From Patescibacteria group bacterium (GTDB taxonomy: Bacteria; Patescibacteriota; Saccharimonadia; UBA4664), in assembly GCA_028288925.1 (NCBI GenBank), contig JAQGHG010000005.1, positions 15,991-79,990 of the forward strand: a DNA stretch of 64,000 nucleotides, read 5' to 3'. Both the position numbers and the translations under genes were made by a program. Positions within the stretch are counted from its first letter, which is position 1. Every line of letters begins with the position of its first letter. The notes beneath the pieces were generated by a model. It searched no databases. It saw only the letters and a program-made list of their open reading frames with translations, and was not told the DNA's origin. Below are positions 1 to 9,442 of this stretch, in pieces.

Positions 1-458
1 TAGGCGTAACCCTTGTCGAGGAGGCGCTGGACGATGTCGATCTGGGTGTCGATGAACTCGGTGGCGCGGGCGAAGGTGTCTTTGTAGCGCGGGCTGTGGT
101 AGGTGTTGGGGGGGAGGAGATTGAGCTTGAGCGCGTCGGCTTTGAAGGCTTCGGTGTATCTGTCGGCGACTTCACGGACGGTTTTGCCTTCGCGTTTGGC
201 ACCTTTTTCGGACTTATCCTCGCCTTCGTCAGCGTCACTGGTGAGGTGACCGACGTCGGTGATGTTCATGGTGTGTTTAACGGTATAGCCGGCGGTTTTA
301 AGAGTCCGGCGCAAGGTATCTTCGAAAATGAAGGTGCGAAGATTGCCGATTTGGGCGAAGTCGTACACGGTGGGGCCGCAGGTGTAGAGCGTGACCTCAC
401 CGGGCTTTTGGGGCTTAAAGTCTTCGACGTTACGCGTCAGGGTGTTGTACAGCCGCAT
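1..458 (-). CDS. cysS: Cysteine--tRNA ligase, N-terminal part (runs off window)
   Basis: Manual translation from ATG 458: [16 protein letters not shown]...[24 protein letters not shown]...MNITDVGHL; not in the ORF track. Confidence 0.95.
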   Translation of the reverse strand, partial: MRLYNTLTRNVEDFKPQKPGEVTLYTCGPTVYDFAQIGNLRTFIFEDTLRRTLKTAGYTVKHTMNITDVGHLTSDADEGEDKSEKGAKREGKTVREVADRYTEAFKADALKLNLLPPNTYHSPRYKDTFARATEFIDTQIDIVQRLLDKGYA

Positions 459-1452
459 CTTGTTGCTCCTTGTATTGCGTGAAGGTTTTGATTAATGTGT
501 CGATTTCGGCGCGGACATCGAGGCTTTTACAGCGATAGGCGGCCGCGTTGGGGTGGCCTCCCCCGCCGAATTTCTCGGCGATGGGCGCGGCGGCCTGGAT
601 GGTAGAGCGCAGGGGTACATTGATCTTGGTGCCGTAGTTTTTAAATACTGCTACGAGTTCGACGCCCTTGGTCCACTGCATCTCGTTGAGGATGAGGGTG
701 TAGGGCTCGGCGACGTCTTTGTATTTTGCGACCATGTCGGGAGTGATTTCGGCAATGGCGAGGTGGCCGTCCACATGGAATTCGACCGATTGCAGGAGTT
801 TGCCTTTGAGGTGGAGCAGATCGGAGGAGAGGGCGCTGGCTTCGCGTTTGGCTTTGTAGAGCTCGTGGAGGTTGGCGCCGGCTCGGGTGAGCTCGGCTAG
901 CATGGCCACGCTGTGGGCGGTGGTGCCGGAGGTGGTGAGGTTGAGCGAGTCGCTGAGCAGCGCGAAGGTGAGCTTGCCGGCGGCTTGTTGATTGATGGGC
1001 CACTCCAGGTCGAGGCAGATTTGGGTGATGAGCTCGGAGGTGGCGACGTCTTCAGTGACGATGTCGATGGTGTCGAAGCCGAAGGGATTGCGGCTGGCGT
1101 GGTGGTCGATGACGACCACGGGCTTGGCGGTGAGCGCGGTGAAGTGGTGCTCGAGGGTGGATTTGATGAGGGCCGGCGCGCCGGTATCTACCAGGATGGT
1201 AAGGTCGAACCGCTTGGGGAAGGCTTGCGACACACGGTCCCAGCCTTCGAGGTGGCGGAGGTAGGGTTCGGGCTCGCGGTAGGCGAACAGCGCCACCTCT
1301 TTACCAAGGTCACCGAGGATTTCTTCGAGACCGAGCGCCGAGCCGATGCTATCACCGTCGGGACTGTCGGGCTGGAGGACGAGAATGGTTTTGGCTTCGG
1401 CGACGAGGGTTTGAAGCTGCTTGATATTGGCTTGAGATTCGGATGAGTTCAT
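430..1452 (-). CDS. nrnA: DHH/DHHA1 phosphoesterase (nanoRNase/pAp phosphatase)
   Basis: [17 protein letters not shown] and GGGGHPNAA motifs. Confidence 0.88.
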   Translation of the reverse strand: MNSSESQANIKQLQTLVAEAKTILVLQPDSPDGDSIGSALGLEEILGDLGKEVALFAYREPEPYLRHLEGWDRVSQAFPKRFDLTILVDTGAPALIKSTLEHHFTALTAKPVVVIDHHASRNPFGFDTIDIVTEDVATSELITQICLDLEWPINQQAAGKLTFALLSDSLNLTTSGTTAHSVAMLAELTRAGANLHELYKAKREASALSSDLLHLKGKLLQSVEFHVDGHLAIAEITPDMVAKYKDVAEPYTLILNEMQWTKGVELVAVFKNYGTKINVPLRSTIQAAAPIAEKFGGGGHPNAAAYRCKSLDVRAEIDTLIKTFTQYKEQQDAAVQHPDA

Positions 1453-1501
1453 GTTGTAGGATTATACCTGTTTTAGCCTCGACAACCAAGGTAGCGGCCG
1501 G

Positions 1502-2101
1502 TCAGAAGGATTGCCTGCCTTGGAGCGCCCGGCCGAGGGTGATCTGGTCGGCGTATTCAAGGTCGCCACCGACCGGCAGGCCGCGGGCCAGGCGGGTGAG
1601 CTTGATGCCGGTGGGCTCGAGCTGCCCGCGGATATACATGGCGGTGGATTCGCCCTCCAGTGAAGGATTGGTGGCGAGGATGATTTCTTCGACCTCGCCG
1701 TTTTGGGCGCGCTGGACGAGACTGGCGATCTCTAGGCGGTCGGGGCCGACGCCGTCCATGGGCGAGATGACGCCGCCGAGCACGTGGTAAAGACCCTGGT
1801 AGAGGCCGGTTTTCTCGATGGCCACCACGTCGAACGGCTCTTCGACGACGGCGATGGTGGTGCGGTGGCGTGTGAGCGAGCCGCAGACTTCGCACTCTTC
1901 GGCTTCCGCGAAGTTGAAGCAGGTGCGGCAGGCGTGCACGCCGGCGTGCAGGCCGTCGATGGCCGCTCCGAGCGTGGTCGCGCGGACCGGATCGCTTTTG
2001 AGCATGTGAAAAGCCAATCGCTCGGCCGTGCGCGGACCAATACCGGGTAGTTTGCCCAGCTCTTCGATGAGGCGTTCAACTGACGAGGGGACGATTTTCA
2101 C
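1502..2101 (-). CDS. recR: Recombination mediator RecR
   Basis: LPGIGPRTAERLA HhH, C4 zinc finger, Toprim YHVLGG...EIILATNP..EGE. Confidence 0.97.
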   Translation of the reverse strand: MKIVPSSVERLIEELGKLPGIGPRTAERLAFHMLKSDPVRATTLGAAIDGLHAGVHACRTCFNFAEAEECEVCGSLTRHRTTIAVVEEPFDVVAIEKTGLYQGLYHVLGGVISPMDGVGPDRLEIASLVQRAQNGEVEEIILATNPSLEGESTAMYIRGQLEPTGIKLTRLARGLPVGGDLEYADQITLGRALQGRQSF

Positions 2102-2107
2102 GGTAGA

Positions 2108-2395
2108 CTACAGCCCGGGCAAGCCTAGGCCGCCGGCGACCGCTTTCATCTTCTCGGCGGCGAGTTGCTGTGAGCGGGTGATGGCTTGGGTGACGGCCGA
2201 CTCGATCCACTTCTCTACCTTGCTGAGCTCGACTTCGCGCAGGAGCTCTTCGTCGAGGGAGATTTTCTGGATCTTCTGCTCGCCGTTGATGCGCACCTTC
2301 ACAGCGCCATTGCCGGCTTCGGTTTCGATGGTTTCTTTGGCTAACGCCGATTGGATCTTCTTTAGCTCGAATATCGCTTTGCTCTTCTCGAACAT
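2108..2395 (-). CDS. ybaB: YbaB/EbfC nucleoid-associated protein
   Basis: AGNGAVKVRINGEQ motif, GGLGLPGL tail, adjacent to recR. Confidence 0.92.
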   Translation of the reverse strand: MFEKSKAIFELKKIQSALAKETIETEAGNGAVKVRINGEQKIQKISLDEELLREVELSKVEKWIESAVTQAITRSQQLAAEKMKAVAGGLGLPGL

Positions 2396-2449
2396 ATACT
2401 GTCTCCGTTTCCTCTTATGCTAGAATAACTTCAACGTAAGGATACCGCT

Positions 2450-4303
2450 ATGAAGTCTTTGTACCATCGTACCATAGGATTGCTGTCTGAGTTCGCACGG
2501 AGCCGCCATGGCCTAATCGCTGCCGTTATGCTGGCGGCGATGTTTGGTTTGGGTTTGGGCAGCATGGCCGGAAATTCGGCGATTGTCGACGAGATCGCCC
2601 ATATTCCGGCTGGGTACTCGTATTTGCATTATGGCGACTACCGGTTGAATCCAGAGCACCCGCCGCTTATTAAGGATTTGGCCGGCCTGCCCTTGCAGTT
2701 CATGCATTTGCGCTTCCCGGACGACCAGGTGTCTTGGACGACCGACGTAAATGGCCAGTGGGAGGCGGGTTGGAATTTCCTTTATCACGTCGGCAATAAC
2801 GCGGATATGATTCTGTTTTGGTCGCGGCTGCCCGTGTTGCTGCTGGCAATTGTTTTTGGCGGTCTGTTGTACTGGATCTGCCGCCGCCGGTGGGGTACGG
2901 GAGTGGCGCTTTTGACGCTGTTTTTCTATACCTTGAGTCCGAATATTTTGGCACATTCGAGCTTGGTGACCACCGACTTGGGCGCGACAGTGTTTATATT
3001 TTTGGCGATCGTGGCGTTCGCGCGGTTTGTGGAACGGCCTAACCGTAATAATTTTATCCTTCTGTCGCTTGGATTGGGTGGAGCGCAGATTGCTAAGTTC
3101 TCGGCCTTTTTGTTGTATCCGTTTTTGGGCTTGGTGGTGCTGGGCGTGGTATGGCTGGCCAAGAATCCGAAGAAGCTGGCCGAACGGTTCAAGATATATT
3201 TGGGGGGATTTATTGGAGCTTCGGCGGTGAGTATTGGCTGGGTGTGGCTGTTTTATATTCCTCATACCTGGAACATGTCGAACGCGGTTCAGGACCGGCT
3301 TATCGAGGGGTCGCTGACCAATCCGAATGTGCTAGGTATAGCGCACATGTTGACGAGTCTGAATGATATACCGATCCTGAAGTCGCTTGTGCAGTATGTA
3401 TTGGGCCTCACTATGGTCTTTGGGCGTGTGGCCGGCGGCAACGTCACTTACTTTAACGGCCAAGTGACGGATCAAAGCTTCCATGCCTATTTCCCTGAGC
3501 TTTTCGCGGTTAAGACTCAAGTGGCGTTGCTGATATTGCTTTTGGTGGTGATCGCAGTGGGCTTAGGGCGCTTCGTGTGGTACCGGCAGGTGCTGAAGCG
3601 GGCCAAGGACCATTTCCGAAGCCATGTGCTGGAGTGGACGCTGGGCTTGTTCGCTGCTTTTTACTTCCTGGTATCGGTGGCGGGCAATTTGAACTTGGGT
3701 ATCCGGCATGTTCTACCTATCTACGTTCCGATCTTCATTTTGGTGGCAATCGCGACGGTCAAGTACTGGCGGCAGCTGGCTAAGACCCGCTGGGCCAAGA
3801 CGAGTAGCGTTGTGCTGGCTCTCTTGCTTCTGTGGTACGGCGGCAGCACGGTGGCGGCGTACCCGTCGTATCTCTCATATTTCAACGAGCTGATCGGCGG
3901 CTCGGCCAACGCCGATAAATACTTTTCGGATTCCAGTGTGGACTGGGGTCAGGATTTGCGCCGGTTGAAGGTTTACACTGACCAGCATCCGGAGATTAAT
4001 CGCATAGCGGTTGATTACTTTGGCGGTGGGGTCCCGGCCTACTATTTTTGTAATCGTAAGTATGATGCGGAAGGACGGCTCGTTGCTTCGGCGGCGGGCT
4101 ACGACTGCTCAAATAGCGTATTCGAGGAGTGGCACTCCCAATATGGGCGGTATACCGGCCAGTACATCGCGATATCCGAAACGTTTCTGGAGAATGATCT
4201 GTGGTACTCGGAGGTCAATGGTACGCCCGGGTATGATTACTTGCGTCAACGGAAGCCTATCGCCAAGATTGGCGGCAGTATCTACGTCTACAAACTTTAC
4301 TAA
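2450..4303 (+). CDS. GT-C glycosyltransferase (GT39/ArnT/PMT-like), multi-pass membrane
   Basis: DE..HI..GY, NPEHPPL.K loop, many TM helices, DS.VDWGQDL C-terminal motif. Confidence 0.85.
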   Translation: MKSLYHRTIGLLSEFARSRHGLIAAVMLAAMFGLGLGSMAGNSAIVDEIAHIPAGYSYLHYGDYRLNPEHPPLIKDLAGLPLQFMHLRFPDDQVSWTTDVNGQWEAGWNFLYHVGNNADMILFWSRLPVLLLAIVFGGLLYWICRRRWGTGVALLTLFFYTLSPNILAHSSLVTTDLGATVFIFLAIVAFARFVERPNRNNFILLSLGLGGAQIAKFSAFLLYPFLGLVVLGVVWLAKNPKKLAERFKIYLGGFIGASAVSIGWVWLFYIPHTWNMSNAVQDRLIEGSLTNPNVLGIAHMLTSLNDIPILKSLVQYVLGLTMVFGRVAGGNVTYFNGQVTDQSFHAYFPELFAVKTQVALLILLLVVIAVGLGRFVWYRQVLKRAKDHFRSHVLEWTLGLFAAFYFLVSVAGNLNLGIRHVLPIYVPIFILVAIATVKYWRQLAKTRWAKTSSVVLALLLLWYGGSTVAAYPSYLSYFNELIGGSANADKYFSDSSVDWGQDLRRLKVYTDQHPEINRIAVDYFGGGVPAYYFCNRKYDAEGRLVASAAGYDCSNSVFEEWHSQYGRYTGQYIAISETFLENDLWYSEVNGTPGYDYLRQRKPIAKIGGSIYVYKLY

Positions 4304-4325
4304 ACGTTAGCGGGACGGCCCGGCG

Positions 4326-4862
4326 TTATTGGCGGCGGAGGCCTTTGGCCAGCTGGATTGCTTCGGATTCGCTGAAACGGTGGCGGCTGGTGATGATGAT
4401 CCACGTGGTGGTGGTCTCGATGCTTACTGCCCGGCGCCCATTGCTTTTGAGGGTGCCCAGGATGGCGGTGTACGGGGTTTTGGATTGGAGATTCTTAGCA
4501 TCTTGGAAGTTCTTATCGTAGAAGGAGGTGAAGTCGAACTTGGGCGGTAAGGCGGTCTCGGTGACGGCAATATTCTCGCCCGCGGGAGTGATAGCCTGGA
4601 ATATGAGCGCGCCGTCTTGTACGGCGTAGGAGTTTTGGTCAAGGGTAAAGCCGGCCGGCACGTAGGTGAGACGGTAGATGGGAAAGAGGGTTCTTTCGGC
4701 GACGTTAGCGGGGACGGTGGCTAGGCTGTGTGTGGACCGCCAGGCCGCTATGCCGCCGCCGGCCAAGAGTAGCGTGAGCAATAGGCCACCGGCGCTGATG
4801 TATGCCCAGCGGGGTGGTCGGCGGCGAGTTGGTCCGGTTGGTGATGGAGCATCATTGGGCAT
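4326..4862 (-). CDS. Single-TM hypothetical protein, paralog of 7914..8435
   Basis: N-terminal TM, then FPIY....P.GF.....S motif and TWIII near the C-terminus; TAGAAT 6 nt before ATG. Confidence 0.75.
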   Translation of the reverse strand: MPNDAPSPTGPTRRRPPRWAYISAGGLLLTLLLAGGGIAAWRSTHSLATVPANVAERTLFPIYRLTYVPAGFTLDQNSYAVQDGALIFQAITPAGENIAVTETALPPKFDFTSFYDKNFQDAKNLQSKTPYTAILGTLKSNGRRAVSIETTTTWIIITSRHRFSESEAIQLAKGLRRQ

Positions 4863-5030
4863 GTGGTTATTCTATCATTAGTAAGCTGGGCGTAGTGAGC
4901 GGCTCGGTTGAGTCTAGCCTCGAATCGAGGTACAATTTAAGCGTTAGCATTTTGTTGTGAGGGCACGATTAGTACGTCTATCGCTAGACGAATACGTAAT
5001 CTTTGTAATCCTCGTACTTCCCTGCCCGTT

Positions 5031-7862
5031 ATGGTGTTTGGGCTTATTCTGGTTGGAATGACCGGTATAATAACGGCTCTTGTCCCCGCCCCCGCCCTGG
5101 CCGCCGCCGGCATCAACAAAACCATTGGCTTCCAGGGCCGGCTGCTGACCGCTACCGGGGCGGTAGTACCGGACGGTAACTACAACTTGAAGTTCAAAAT
5201 CTACCAGGATGGTAGTGGCCGCCTTGCGAGTGACGCGGTAGACGGCGCCACCCCGGCCGGTACCCTGATGTGGACAGAACTATGGCAAAACTCGGTAGCT
5301 ACCGGGTCTTCGAGCGGGGTAACGGTCAAGAACGGTTACTTCTCCGTAACTCTGGGTACCTACTGCGTCCTGGCCGGATCGAGCTGCCAAGGCAATTCCA
5401 ACACCGGAGTGAGCTTCAACCAAGACACCCTCTGGCTATCCATGGATGTCGGTGGCACCGCCGTAAGTAACACCCCCACCTACGACGGGGAGATGCTCCC
5501 CATGAAGCGGCTGACTTCGGCCGTGTACGCGCTGCAGGCGGATAACGCTAACACTCTGGGCGGGTTGACGAGTAGCGGCTTTATCCAGAATACGGCGACC
5601 GTCCAGACGAACGCGAATATTGCTATCCAAAGTGTGGCGGACGCGAGTGTGACCCTGCTCCTGAAGGAGCGGGCAACGCAGTCGGCGGATATTTTGCGCG
5701 TTACTGATTCTAGCAACGTCCTGATTTTCGATATCGATACGTTTGGCAAGCTCCACCAGGCGTACGCGGCTACCTTCGACGGGGCGGTGGGCATCGGGAT
5801 GGCAAGCAGTTCGGGCGAGCAGCTGCGGGTAGCGGTCGCGAGCGCTTCTACGGTTGGATTCGCCGTCTATGGCAGTACCGGCCAGACGGCCGATCTGATC
5901 AACGTGGACGCCGAGGGTACCAAGGCGCTGAACTACACCGGAGCCGGTACACTGGCCGTAACCGCCGGGTCGGGGCAGACCGCCGACCTCCTGCAGGTCA
6001 AAGACACGACGGGGGCGAACTTGCTCAAGGTGGATTCGGGAGGCAACCAGGAAGGGACCGGGTATATCAATAATGGGTATGGCGGGGTTGGTCAGTTTGG
6101 GAATCTGCTGACTTATAGTGAGCAGTTCGATAATGGCGCCTGGACGAAGACGAGCGTGACGGCCCCGACGGCTGATACGATCGTGGCGCTGGATGGGCAG
6201 ACGACGGCCGAGAGTCTGGCCGATAGCGGCAGCGGGGGAAGTGTGAGCCAGACCTCCGGAACGGCCCCGACTAATGCCAACTACACGTTTAGCGTGTGGT
6301 TGAAAACGGCGAGTGGTACTCAGCCGGCCGATTTGCGCATCGACGGCGCGACCACCGGCACGGGCACCAAGGTCACGGTTACCGCTACCAGTACCTGGCA
6401 ACGGTTTAGTGTAACGCAGAATACCAACGGTTTTACGGGTAACATTAAACCCTTGATCTTTCCGGGAGGTACTGCTGGTAGCGGCACGGTACACGCTTGG
6501 GGCGCGCAGCTCGTTCTGGCCTCGGTACCCCAGGTGTACGTCCGGGCGACGGCTACCACCGTGGCGGCCGGCCAGGGTGTGGTGAGCAATGGCGGGGCAT
6601 TTATTTCGAGCCTTAATGCTACTGATATTCCATTGGTGGTACAGGGGTCGCCGTCGCAGAGTGGAGATCTGCTGCAGCTTCAGAATTCGAGTGCTACGAG
6701 CTTGTTTAAGGTGGGTGCGGTTGGTGGGCTGACGATAGCCGAGGCTTCGTTTGGCGCGGGGGCCGCTCCCGTGGCGCTATCGGTGACGGGCGCCGGCGGT
6801 GGTACGGGCGTCACGGGTGGCGCGGGTGGCGCTATCTCGCTGGTGACCGGCAACGGCGCGAACGGCACTACTAACGGCGGCGCGGGTGGCGCGGTCACGA
6901 TCACGGCGGGCAATGGAGGCTCCAACTCCGCTAACGGAGCCGGTGGCACCATTACCCTGGCGGCGGGCAATGGCGGCACCACGGCGGTTAGCGGCGGCAA
7001 CGGCGGCTCGGTGATCTTGCAGGGTGGCGCGGCTCAAGGTGGCGGTACGGTGGGCAAGGTGCTGGTAAAACCGCTCGCGAACGCCGACTCCACGGCGGCT
7101 TTCCAGGTACAGAAGGCCGGTGGCGCGGCGATGTTCGCGGTGGATACGACCAACCAGGCTGTAATAGTCGGTACGCCCGCAGGCGATAGCGTCGGCACCG
7201 TTTTGCAACTAGGGGTCAAATCGAATGCGGGCGATCCAGCCGGTGGGTATGTAGTGGACGGGGCGATATATTACAACAGTTCGACAGATTCGTTCCGCTG
7301 CTACAACAATAGTTTCTGGGTGAGCTGCATCGGCGGTATGCGGTATTCGCAGACTAGCCAGGGTGGTGCGAGTAACAACCCGCCGGCTGGTGATACCGTC
7401 GGCAACACCACTACCGCTACGACTTTTGCTGAATCTTACTCGGTTCCGGCTAACGACTGTATCCCGGGCCGGGTGTATCGGATAACGGCTGGTGGTTTAT
7501 GGGGCGATGCTGCTACGTCGGTCTTTACACTTAAGGTATTATGGGGCGCGACAACGGTGGCGGTAACAGACGCGGGCGCGACTCTGAATTATGCTAGTCA
7601 GACGGCTCAGTATTGGCACGCTCAGATTATGCTTACATGTTTCACTAATGCTTCGGCGGTTACAGCAATAGAGGCGACGGGGCAAGTGTTCTTTAACGCC
7701 AATAACGTGGGTCAGGTGATGGGCATTGGAACGAGTGTTAAAGGACAGGCTGTGACTACGAATAGCAGTCAGACGCTTAAACTCCAGGTGACGTGGGCAA
7801 ACTTGAGCGCATCAAATACTATTACGCTCCGTACTTATGTTGTCGAGTCTATGGGGCCGTAG
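5031..7862 (+). CDS. Large secreted fibre/adhesin-like surface protein
   Basis: Signal peptide; N-domain INKTIGFQGRL...DGNYNLKFKIY; Q(T/S)(A/G)D(L/I)(L/I) repeats; NLLTYSEQFDN..W spike-like module; GGAGG.I...GNGG repeats. Confidence 0.8.
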   Translation: MVFGLILVGMTGIITALVPAPALAAAGINKTIGFQGRLLTATGAVVPDGNYNLKFKIYQDGSGRLASDAVDGATPAGTLMWTELWQNSVATGSSSGVTVKNGYFSVTLGTYCVLAGSSCQGNSNTGVSFNQDTLWLSMDVGGTAVSNTPTYDGEMLPMKRLTSAVYALQADNANTLGGLTSSGFIQNTATVQTNANIAIQSVADASVTLLLKERATQSADILRVTDSSNVLIFDIDTFGKLHQAYAATFDGAVGIGMASSSGEQLRVAVASASTVGFAVYGSTGQTADLINVDAEGTKALNYTGAGTLAVTAGSGQTADLLQVKDTTGANLLKVDSGGNQEGTGYINNGYGGVGQFGNLLTYSEQFDNGAWTKTSVTAPTADTIVALDGQTTAESLADSGSGGSVSQTSGTAPTNANYTFSVWLKTASGTQPADLRIDGATTGTGTKVTVTATSTWQRFSVTQNTNGFTGNIKPLIFPGGTAGSGTVHAWGAQLVLASVPQVYVRATATTVAAGQGVVSNGGAFISSLNATDIPLVVQGSPSQSGDLLQLQNSSATSLFKVGAVGGLTIAEASFGAGAAPVALSVTGAGGGTGVTGGAGGAISLVTGNGANGTTNGGAGGAVTITAGNGGSNSANGAGGTITLAAGNGGTTAVSGGNGGSVILQGGAAQGGGTVGKVLVKPLANADSTAAFQVQKAGGAAMFAVDTTNQAVIVGTPAGDSVGTVLQLGVKSNAGDPAGGYVVDGAIYYNSSTDSFRCYNNSFWVSCIGGMRYSQTSQGGASNNPPAGDTVGNTTTATTFAESYSVPANDCIPGRVYRITAGGLWGDAATSVFTLKVLWGATTVAVTDAGATLNYASQTAQYWHAQIMLTCFTNASAVTAIEATGQVFFNANNVGQVMGIGTSVKGQAVTTNSSQTLKLQVTWANLSASNTITLRTYVVESMGP

Positions 7863-7913
7863 GGGCTGATACTTCGTGGTTGGCGCCGGATACATGGCTA
7901 ACGCCAATTCATC

Positions 7914-8435
7914 TTATTTTGCCAGAATGAGTTTATGAGCGATGGATTCGAGCGTGCTCGTGGGTACGTTGGCGCTGGTGTTCATGAGTATCCAGGTTTT
8001 GTTGCTGCCGGTGGTAAGGCTGGCGATTTGCTGGATTTGAGAGCCGTCTTGGGCCTGGCCGATGTAGCCTTGGCCCGCCGGGGCGGCGAGTTTGGTGGAA
8101 TGCTGGAGGTTTTTGTGGAAGGTGTCGAGTTTGAGCTTTTTGCCGTTGGGCGGCGCTTGCTGGCTGATGTAGATGGTCGGTTTATCATCGCTGCGGATTT
8201 CGAAGATGGTAATCCCCTTTTCGGGTTGACTGACGGATCCGTAATTTATGGAATAGCTTTTGGGCAGCTTGCCGGGGTAGTACAGCGGGATATCGCTGGC
8301 ATTGATAATGCGGGACGCGAAGGGACTGTGGGGCTGAGCATGCCGGTATACGAGTATTATGCCGGCTGCCGCGCTGAGTGCAATTATGGCTGCGATAGTT
8401 AAGCTAATCTTGAGATTGAGCCGGGGCCATGTCAT
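7914..8435 (-). CDS. Single-TM hypothetical protein, paralog of 4326..4862
   Basis: N-terminal TM, IPLYYP.KLP..Y.I...S and KTWILM; start overlaps the GH130 gene stop. Confidence 0.75.
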   Translation of the reverse strand: MTWPRLNLKISLTIAAIIALSAAAGIILVYRHAQPHSPFASRIINASDIPLYYPGKLPKSYSINYGSVSQPEKGITIFEIRSDDKPTIYISQQAPPNGKKLKLDTFHKNLQHSTKLAAPAGQGYIGQAQDGSQIQQIASLTTGSNKTWILMNTSANVPTSTLESIAHKLILAK

Positions 8436-9424
8436 GGGGTGAGGTTTCCGAGAAGTTCATCTAGCTTACAAGTAGCAAGACAAACGCCTTGATCACCGGA
8501 GCCGTAGTAGACGTAGAGGTCTTCGCCTACGATGACCGCGCCGGAGGGGAAGGTTACATGGTCGACGACGCCTTCGAGCTCTTCGGGGGTTTCGGGCCGC
8601 AGGATGGGCTCGGACGTGGTGGCGAGGACTTTCCAGGGCTCGTTGAGGTCGAGGAGGGCGGCGTTTATTTGCCATTCGCGATGGTCTTCGGTGTTTGAGG
8701 GGCAGTAAATGAAGAGCCAGCCGTCCTTGGTGCGGATGGGCGGCGCTCCGAGCTCCGGACCGCGCTGGACGCCGGTGACATGGCCGTCGTGCTCGATGGC
8801 GGTTGGTTTGAGTACGGCGTACTCATCGTAATGCTCGAGGGTATTGGCGATGAGGCCGGCCGGCGGTTTTTTGAGCTCGGCTACAGAGCCGAATCTTGCG
8901 TGCATAATGGTGGATTCGGGCCGGTCAGCGCGCCAGGTGTAGTACCAAATGTATTGACCGTTGACCGGCTCGGGCAGGAGCGCGGCGGCCTTGGAGCGCG
9001 AGCCGTGTGGGCCGACGACGCCATGTTTGGTAACGGTTTTGAAGTCGGTGGTAGTGGCGAGGGCGACGCGGACGTTCTTGATGTTGTCGTGCCACTCGAC
9101 GGCGGTGTAGTAAATGAAGTACTCCTCCCCTATCTTGGTGACGCGGGGGTCTTCGCAGCCGAGACCTTGTTCGTAGGGCTGGTCTGGTGTGATGAGCGGC
9201 TCAGACCGGCGTTCGAAGTGGATACCGTCGGTGCTTTCGGCATACCCGATTGACGAGATGTATTGACCGCTGACGCTGGTTTTGACGTCGTTTGTGGCCC
9301 GGTACAGCATGCGGAATAGCCCGTCTTCGTAAAAGACGTTAGCATTGAAGACCGATCCAGCCTCCCAGGTGTTTGCGGGGTTCTTTTGGAGAATGGGGTT
9401 TTGGGGGTGGCGGATGAGTCGCAT
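8432..9424 (-). CDS. Glycoside hydrolase family 130 (mannoside phosphorylase/hydrolase), single domain
   Basis: NPIL, VFN, MLYRA, GCEDPRV, FPSGA, YYGSGD. Confidence 0.9.
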   Translation of the reverse strand: MRLIRHPQNPILQKNPANTWEAGSVFNANVFYEDGLFRMLYRATNDVKTSVSGQYISSIGYAESTDGIHFERRSEPLITPDQPYEQGLGCEDPRVTKIGEEYFIYYTAVEWHDNIKNVRVALATTTDFKTVTKHGVVGPHGSRSKAAALLPEPVNGQYIWYYTWRADRPESTIMHARFGSVAELKKPPAGLIANTLEHYDEYAVLKPTAIEHDGHVTGVQRGPELGAPPIRTKDGWLFIYCPSNTEDHREWQINAALLDLNEPWKVLATTSEPILRPETPEELEGVVDHVTFPSGAVIVGEDLYVYYGSGDQGVCLATCKLDELLGNLTP

Positions 9425-9442
9425 GGTTTTATGATACCAGAG

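Noticed and set aside
5436-6494. Long antisense or alternate-frame ORFs (also 2513..3265, 24493..25215, 38302..39150, 52247..53050)
   Set aside because: Shadows of well-supported genes in GC-rich DNA, with no recognisable motifs
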